Shown here piece after piece: positions 27,207 through 31,909 of a stretch of 31,909 bases of DNA (positions are counted from its first letter, which is position 1; each line of letters opens with the position of its first letter). Position numbers and translations under genes: made by a program. Under the pieces are notes generated by a model that made no database searches, was not told where the DNA came from, and was given only the letters and a program-made list of their open reading frames with translations. The stretch comes from a virus. Taxonomy: Duplodnaviria; Caudoviricetes. The stretch spans positions 1-31,909 of IMG/VR virus record IMGVR_UViG_3300046643_000083; one strand, given 5' to 3'.

Positions 27207-28424
27207 ATGACATGGGTAGAAAGAATTGAAAATATAAAGTTCAGTATTAAAACCGGAGATGGAAAAACATTTTTTCCATTGCAAAAAGGCGGGGAAATTG
27301 AGAGAGAATATAACACATCTTCTTTTGAGTTCATTAGTGTTTATGGAACATTGGTTGATAGAAAAAAACCAAAATCCAGAAAAATAACATTAGTATTCTA
27401 TTTTCAAGGCGCTGATAATATTGAGCAATCAGATTTGTTTGAAATTTCGGCTGATGATCCAAGACCGTGGACAGTTACTCATCCGTTTTATGGTATAATT
27501 TCTGGACAGCCAATAAGCATAAAAAGAGATGATAACAATTTGAATATTTCAGAGATTACTGTTCCTTTCTGGGAAAGTATTGATGCTGATTATCCTTTTG
27601 CCAATTTTTCTGTAAAAGATAACAGCAGAGATAAACACTCGTTGGTTTATATTGCAGCCGCACAGTCTTATGTTACCAATGTTAATTTCACTCCTATTGA
27701 CATTTCAAAAAATTCTGCCAGTATTGTAGATATAGCCGGAGATATGAAAAACCTTCAAAATGATTCTACATATGCCACATTTCAAAATGCATTAAACTCT
27801 GGGCTAAAAGCAATTGATAAATTGTTAGAAGATCCTTTTAATGCAATACAATCGATACAGAATTTTTTAGATTTGCCATCAACTTATGAGCAGGCTGTAA
27901 AGGGTCGAATGGCCTCTTATGAAAGTGTATATCGTGGGTTAAAAGCATCAATAAAAACATTGGCCGATAAAAAATACTTTGAATCAGCAGCGGCATCTAC
28001 AATTGCATCAATGAGCGTAGTTGCAGTTAATCCTCAATTTGGTGATTATGTTTTGGTTTCTGATGTAGAAAGTGTAACATCTAAAATAGCTGACATTTAT
28101 GAGGATTACATGGCTACTCTGGACACATTAAGCGTTTCTGTGTACGATGTTAAAAACACATATAATGCAGATGCCACAACTCAAACTGAATTAAATTCAT
28201 TGGTAAATTATACAGTTGCTAATTTGTATGAAATGTCATTCTTAGCAAAAAGAGAGAGAATTGTTTATACAGATAAGAAAACAAACGTAATTTTGCTAAC
28301 TCATCGTTATTTAGGTATGGATGATGATGATGAGAACATTGCAACTATGATCCAGACAAATAATATTAAATTGAATGAGTTGTTTTCTATAGAAAAAGGC
28401 CGCCTAATCAAATATGCAAAATAA
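27207..28424 (+). CDS. Mu gpN-like DNA circularisation / tail tube initiator protein
   Basis: HPFYG motif in N-domain, helical middle, LysM-like C-terminus (LLTHRYLG...NNI....IEKG..I). Confidence 0.75.
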   Translation: MTWVERIENIKFSIKTGDGKTFFPLQKGGEIEREYNTSSFEFISVYGTLVDRKKPKSRKITLVFYFQGADNIEQSDLFEISADDPRPWTVTHPFYGIISGQPISIKRDDNNLNISEITVPFWESIDADYPFANFSVKDNSRDKHSLVYIAAAQSYVTNVNFTPIDISKNSASIVDIAGDMKNLQNDSTYATFQNALNSGLKAIDKLLEDPFNAIQSIQNFLDLPSTYEQAVKGRMASYESVYRGLKASIKTLADKKYFESAAASTIASMSVVAVNPQFGDYVLVSDVESVTSKIADIYEDYMATLDTLSVSVYDVKNTYNADATTQTELNSLVNYTVANLYEMSFLAKRERIVYTDKKTNVILLTHRYLGMDDDDENIATMIQTNNIKLNELFSIEKGRLIKYAK

Positions 28425-29606
28425 ATGAGAATTACAATATCAGGACAAAACGTTGATTTTTTTACTTCCGGAGTAATAACTTTAGAGTTGGATTCCGTCG
28501 CATCTACATTTGAATTTTCTACTAGGTTTTCTGCTCAAGATCCAAAGCATCAAGAATTATTAAAACCGCTACAGTACAAGGATGTTGAAATATTCAACAA
28601 AAATGATGAGTTAATTTTTACAGGTACAATATTGAATCATCGTTTTAAAAGTGATAGTGGCAGGAATCTGGTTTTTGTATCTGGATATGCGAAATGCGGA
28701 ATATTGGAAGATGTATCTATTCCGGTTAGTGCATATCCACTGGAAAGCACTAATAGATCATTAAAGGATATTGCGGACAATCTATGTGGGTTGTTTGGGA
28801 TAAAGGTTTTAATTTCAAATCAGTCAACTACCATAAGCACAGTTAATTCTCCATTAAAAGGAAGAAAACAAAAATATGTAGAGAGATCTGCTTTCGCTGA
28901 TTTACAAGCCAAAGCAAATTCTATTTTTGGTAGAATAGCTGCAATGCCATCTGAATCAATCAAAGATTATCTTAGCAAGTTGGCCGGACAGAAAAATATA
29001 ATAATCACTCACAACGAAAAAGGAGAAGTGCTTTTGTTTCAGCCTGATCTTTTGCAAAAGCCAAGATACTTTTTTACTAAGAAAAACTCATTAGGTATGA
29101 GTGCTGATTTCAACGGCCAGAACATGCATTCCGATGTGAGTATCGTTAGACAGCCATCGGATGAAAATGCGGGAGTTTCTACTGTTGATACGGCTAAGAA
29201 CTCATTAATTGCAAAATATCGCCCTGTGACCAAAATTATGACCTCTGGCGAGGACACTAACACTAAAGATGCAGCCGAAAATGAAATTGGAAGTGAATTA
29301 AAGAATATCAACATAGGTGTGGAGCTTCAGGATTTATTTGATGATATTTATCCAGGTGAAATTGTAAATGTGCATAATCACTACATTTACAGCTATGCCT
29401 ACAATAGATTTATGGTTAAGTCTATAACGCTTAAGTTTGATGAAGATTCCGATACAACAACTCTGGCTTTGGTAGTTCCAGAATCATTCTCTGGCGGTCC
29501 GGTTATACGAAATATTCTATACAATCACAGTGATGAAGATCACCATCTTGAACCTCACCTGAATGAAGATAATAGTTTGTACACAAACAACATCGACATT
29601 TTGTAA
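28425..29606 (+). CDS. Baseplate hub protein (Mu gpP-like)
   Basis: LDSVASTFEF, IFTGTI, SLKDIA.NLC..FGI, ESIKDYLSKLA and LALVVPESF motifs. Confidence 0.82.
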   Translation: MRITISGQNVDFFTSGVITLELDSVASTFEFSTRFSAQDPKHQELLKPLQYKDVEIFNKNDELIFTGTILNHRFKSDSGRNLVFVSGYAKCGILEDVSIPVSAYPLESTNRSLKDIADNLCGLFGIKVLISNQSTTISTVNSPLKGRKQKYVERSAFADLQAKANSIFGRIAAMPSESIKDYLSKLAGQKNIIITHNEKGEVLLFQPDLLQKPRYFFTKKNSLGMSADFNGQNMHSDVSIVRQPSDENAGVSTVDTAKNSLIAKYRPVTKIMTSGEDTNTKDAAENEIGSELKNINIGVELQDLFDDIYPGEIVNVHNHYIYSYAYNRFMVKSITLKFDEDSDTTTLALVVPESFSGGPVIRNILYNHSDEDHHLEPHLNEDNSLYTNNIDIL

Positions 29607-29621
29607 GTTCTGAAATAATTA

Positions 29622-29670
29622 TTTTTTTTTTTTTTTTTTTTGACAAAGAATTTAATTTTTTTTTTTTTTT
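29622..29670. repeat. Two long poly-T tracts (T20 and T15)
   Basis: T at 29622-29641 and 29656-29670, separated by gacaaagaatttaa. Confidence 0.9.
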
Positions 29671-29692
29671 GAATCAACTATAAAATAATATT

Positions 29693-30184
29693 ATGATTTC
29701 ATTAGCCAAAATAAAGAGTTCTTCTATTGAACTGGGAAAACGCATACTTAAATCTGTCACAATGAGTGGAGCTGCAACTTCAAAAGAAAGTTACCCTTTT
29801 GGTTTTGATAGTTCTCCTCACCCAGATTTGACCGCGATTTATGCCGAAACATCCAATATGCAGGAAGCTGTGATAATTGGGTACATAAATAAAAATCAAC
29901 TTGCTGAGCCTGGGGAGTCACGGATGTACGCCTTGAGCGCCCCCGGGGAGTTTTTGGGATTTGTTTACTGCAGGAAGGATGGAACAACTTCGATCAATGG
30001 GGACGCATTTTCAGCGGTGAGGTTCCAGGAGTTGAAAACGCAAATTGACCTACTTCAAACACAGATCAATTCGCAATGGCCGTTAATAGCTTCTGGAATT
30101 GCTACCGGCGGCGGTGTGTACACTCCTACCAATGTAAGTATCGATTTAACCAACTCAGAAAGCCCTACTGTAAAAATAAAATGA
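29693..30184 (+). CDS. Baseplate central spike (Mu gp45-like)
   Basis: PFGFDSSP and LAEPGESRMYA motifs; follows hub. Confidence 0.78.
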   Translation: MISLAKIKSSSIELGKRILKSVTMSGAATSKESYPFGFDSSPHPDLTAIYAETSNMQEAVIIGYINKNQLAEPGESRMYALSAPGEFLGFVYCRKDGTTSINGDAFSAVRFQELKTQIDLLQTQINSQWPLIASGIATGGGVYTPTNVSIDLTNSESPTVKIK

Positions 30185-30255
30185 TCTATTTATAATATTA
30201 TATACCTAAAAGCGTTAGTTGTAAAATAATCCTACAAATAACAAAAAAACATTTT

Positions 30256-30293
30256 AATGCGAACCCCAATAAAATAAAGGGTTCGCATTTTTT
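30256..30293 (+). terminator. Intrinsic terminator ending the structural operon
   Basis: aatgcgaaccc-12 nt-gggttcgcatt followed by T run. Confidence 0.85.
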
Positions 30294-30302
30294 ATTGAAA
30301 AA

Positions 30303-30359
30303 ACTTTGTAAAAAAGATAAAGAAAAGTTTGTGTAATTAAAAAAGGGTTGTACATTTGC
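30303..30359 (+). promoter_or_regulatory. Bacteroidota sigma-A promoter with conserved upstream element
   Basis: TTTG at 30328-30331 and TACATTTG at 30351-30358, 19-nt spacing; shares extended motif with 4815-4872. Confidence 0.88.
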
Positions 30360-30393
30360 TCTGTCAAACACTAACAATTAAAACACAAATATC

Positions 30394-30669
30394 ATGAAAA
30401 CATTAATCCTTACATCAGCAATTATCTTAATCTCTTTATCTTCTTTCGGACAATCTAAAATTAAAGATGTTCCGCAAACAAAAAAGATCGTTTCAATAGA
30501 ATACGGTGTTACATGCGGTAAAACTGGAAAACCTGCAGTTTATGTTTATTTCAAAGAAAAAACTGCTTCAGGTTTCAATGCTCAAACAGATAGAGAAATT
30601 GTCTACACTCAAAATATTGCAGTATTGCAAAATACAGTACAGTACCAATCTTACATCAAATCAATCTAA
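30394..30669 (+). CDS. Small exported protein with signal peptide
   Basis: MKTLILTSAIILISLSSFG-Q resembles a Bacteroidota Sec signal peptide with Gln at +1. Confidence 0.7.
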   Translation: MKTLILTSAIILISLSSFGQSKIKDVPQTKKIVSIEYGVTCGKTGKPAVYVYFKEKTASGFNAQTDREIVYTQNIAVLQNTVQYQSYIKSI

Positions 30670-30701
30670 TCAAACAAACATCAACCTTTAAAATAAACAT
30701 C

Positions 30702-31037
30702 ATGGAAAATCTAAAAAAAATAACAAGAAGTGAGTATATGGAAAATTCAAACGAATTGCACCATGCATATTATTTACAATTTGCAACGGAAAGCACAAAA
30801 GCTTTTGTTTTAAGTAGTCTTACAGTTGAAAGTATAAAAGAAGCTTTAAATAATGGCGATGAACATTTAAATAAAATCAAAATTCCTTATAATCATATGG
30901 GTTCTGGTGGTAGATGGTGGTGGGATGATGCGCCAATAAACACGACACTGTTAATAGCGTTAGAAGGGCATGATTCTCCTTCCACTCATACTTGCATAGC
31001 AAAAGCGGTTGCTAGAATGTTGGCAGAAAATAAATAA
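30702..31037 (+). CDS. Hypothetical early protein
   Basis: 111 aa, atcATG start context. Confidence 0.7.
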   Translation: MENLKKITRSEYMENSNELHHAYYLQFATESTKAFVLSSLTVESIKEALNNGDEHLNKIKIPYNHMGSGGRWWWDDAPINTTLLIALEGHDSPSTHTCIAKAVARMLAENK

Positions 31038-31055
31038 CTTTTAAATTTTATAATC

Positions 31056-31283
31056 ATGACAAATCAGGAACTTAACAGAGATATTTTAAAACTTGGAAAA
31101 GCAGTTTTAAAAATTAGAGACAATAAACAGCATGTTGATGTTAATACCGAGTTTAAAAGGCTTTATTATGCAGATAACAAAGCAACCGTTTTAACCTTAA
31201 AATCATTAAAAATAATGATGGTTATTAATAGAATTTACAGAATTATACCATTCCATTTATTTTACATTGATATGGACATTTAA
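31056..31283 (+). CDS. Hypothetical early protein
   Basis: 75 aa; stop codon abuts the ribozyme. Confidence 0.65.
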   Translation: MTNQELNRDILKLGKAVLKIRDNKQHVDVNTEFKRLYYADNKATVLTLKSLKIMMVINRIYRIIPFHLFYIDMDI

Positions 31284-31346
31284 AGTCGTTTGAGCGACTT
31301 AAAAAAGGTTTTAGGCTCAAAGCGTGCCCCTATTGGGGTGGTAACA
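31283..31346 (+). ncRNA. Pistol self-cleaving ribozyme
   Basis: P1 AAGUCG/CGACUU; loop UUUGAG pseudoknot with CUCAAA; A-rich linker; P2 GUU/AAC; conserved GCG; P3 UGCCCC/GGGGUG; G-U scissile dinucleotide at 31341/31342. Confidence 0.9.
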
Positions 31347-31361
31347 CAAAAACACATCATA

Positions 31362-31598
31362 ATGAAAACTTTATTAACTTTTGGAACTTGGACACTTGAT
31401 AAAAAAGGTGGTTTAATTTACAATGTAATTATTTATGGACAAACAGCCGAAAATCCTAAAATTACATTTATAACTGAAATTTCTATTTCTTGTATGGGAT
31501 ATGATTATTTTGTAAAAAAGGCTAAAGAAATATACTGTAATTATTTTGGGTGCGACGATTATAATATTATTACTTTATCTCACATTGACAGAATCTAA
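31362..31598 (+). CDS. Hypothetical early protein (start corrected from 31290)
   Basis: In-frame ATG (MKTLLTFG...) with A-rich context like its neighbours; the track's TTG start lies inside the ribozyme. Confidence 0.7.
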   Translation: MKTLLTFGTWTLDKKGGLIYNVIIYGQTAENPKITFITEISISCMGYDYFVKKAKEIYCNYFGCDDYNIITLSHIDRI

Positions 31599-31610
31599 AA
31601 ATATACTATC

Positions 31611-31769
31611 ATGAAAACATTAGAAGATTTAAAAAGCATGTTCTTTGAGTTCTGTAAAGACAATAATGACAATTCGAGTGTAAACGTTAGAAACATGTTT
31701 GATTTAGAATTAATCAACTACAAAGAATATATTGTTTTAAAAGAATACGTTTTAGATAATAACCTATAA
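31611..31769 (+). CDS. Hypothetical 52-aa protein (not in ORF track)
   Basis: MKTLEDLKSMFFEFCKDNNDNSSVNVRNMFDLELINYKEYIVLKEYVLDNNL*, atcATG start. Confidence 0.65.
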   Translation: MKTLEDLKSMFFEFCKDNNDNSSVNVRNMFDLELINYKEYIVLKEYVLDNNL

Positions 31770-31780
31770 ATTACATCACT

Positions 31781-31909
31781 ATGCAAACAACATTGGTAAA
31801 GGCTGTCAAAGATATGACAGGAATGAAAAACGTTACAGAATCATTCGCAAAACAGTATATTTCGGATCATTGGATTGCTTTTCTAATTTATCAAAGGGTG
31901 ATCTTCAGA
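31781..31909 (+). CDS. Partial hypothetical protein running off the window
   Basis: MQTTLVKAVKDMTGMKNVTESFAKQYISDHWIAFLIYQRVIFR, open to the edge. Confidence 0.5.
   Translation, partial: MQTTLVKAVKDMTGMKNVTESFAKQYISDHWIAFLIYQRVIFR

Larger units (their letters stand above)
1..31909 (+). mobile_element. Bacteroidota (Flavobacterium-like) myovirus genome segment
   Basis: Head, contractile tail, baseplate and recombination genes all co-oriented; no host housekeeping context or integrase visible, so phage versus prophage cannot be decided. Confidence 0.92.

Noticed and set aside
30185-30215. dif-like Xer site
   Set aside because: AT palindrome does not match the XerD arm TTATGTTAAAT.
1086-30691. 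Other short minus-strand and alternate-frame ORFs in the track
   Set aside because: All lie within longer, motif-bearing + strand genes and have no recognisable features.
31290-31361. TTG-started N-terminal extension of the 102-aa ORF
   Set aside because: It overlaps the pistol ribozyme; the ATG at 31362 has the start context shared by neighbouring genes.
1-31909. CRISPR array, tRNA, rRNA, integrase, stop-codon reassignment
   Set aside because: No spaced repeats or cloverleafs noticed; no recombinase motifs; genes are intact under the standard bacterial code with TAA, TAG and TGA used as stops.
1-31909. Additional hammerhead ribozymes from CTGATGA matches
   Set aside because: The matches noticed lie inside coding regions with no evident flanking stems; a covariance search would be needed to exclude them fully.

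Overview
AT-rich segment of a tailed (myovirus-type) phage or prophage infecting Bacteroidota, probably Flavobacterium-like. The host call rests on TAnnTTTG promoters, Shine-Dalgarno-free A-rich starts and a DUF3127-type SSB. All credible genes are on the + strand, in four blocks. (1) 1-4750: DNA-metabolism and auxiliary genes, including an acyl carrier protein, DEDDh exonuclease, C5 methyltransferase and SSB-like gene. (2) 4899-12326: HTH gene, recombination module and small hypotheticals. (3) 12470-30184: virion module with a lambda-like head (S49 protease/scaffold, decoration protein, major capsid) and a Mu-like contractile tail and baseplate; terminase, portal and lysis genes are not in the window. 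(4) 30394-end: small early-type genes. The standout observation is an apparently intact pistol self-cleaving ribozyme at 31283-31346 between two early genes. Also notable: the phage ACP, a duplicated terminator+promoter cassette, a promoter-leader-terminator ahead of the structural operon, and a tail chaperone frameshift that must be -2/+1 rather than -1. All family assignments are by eye from motifs and synteny; no searches were run.
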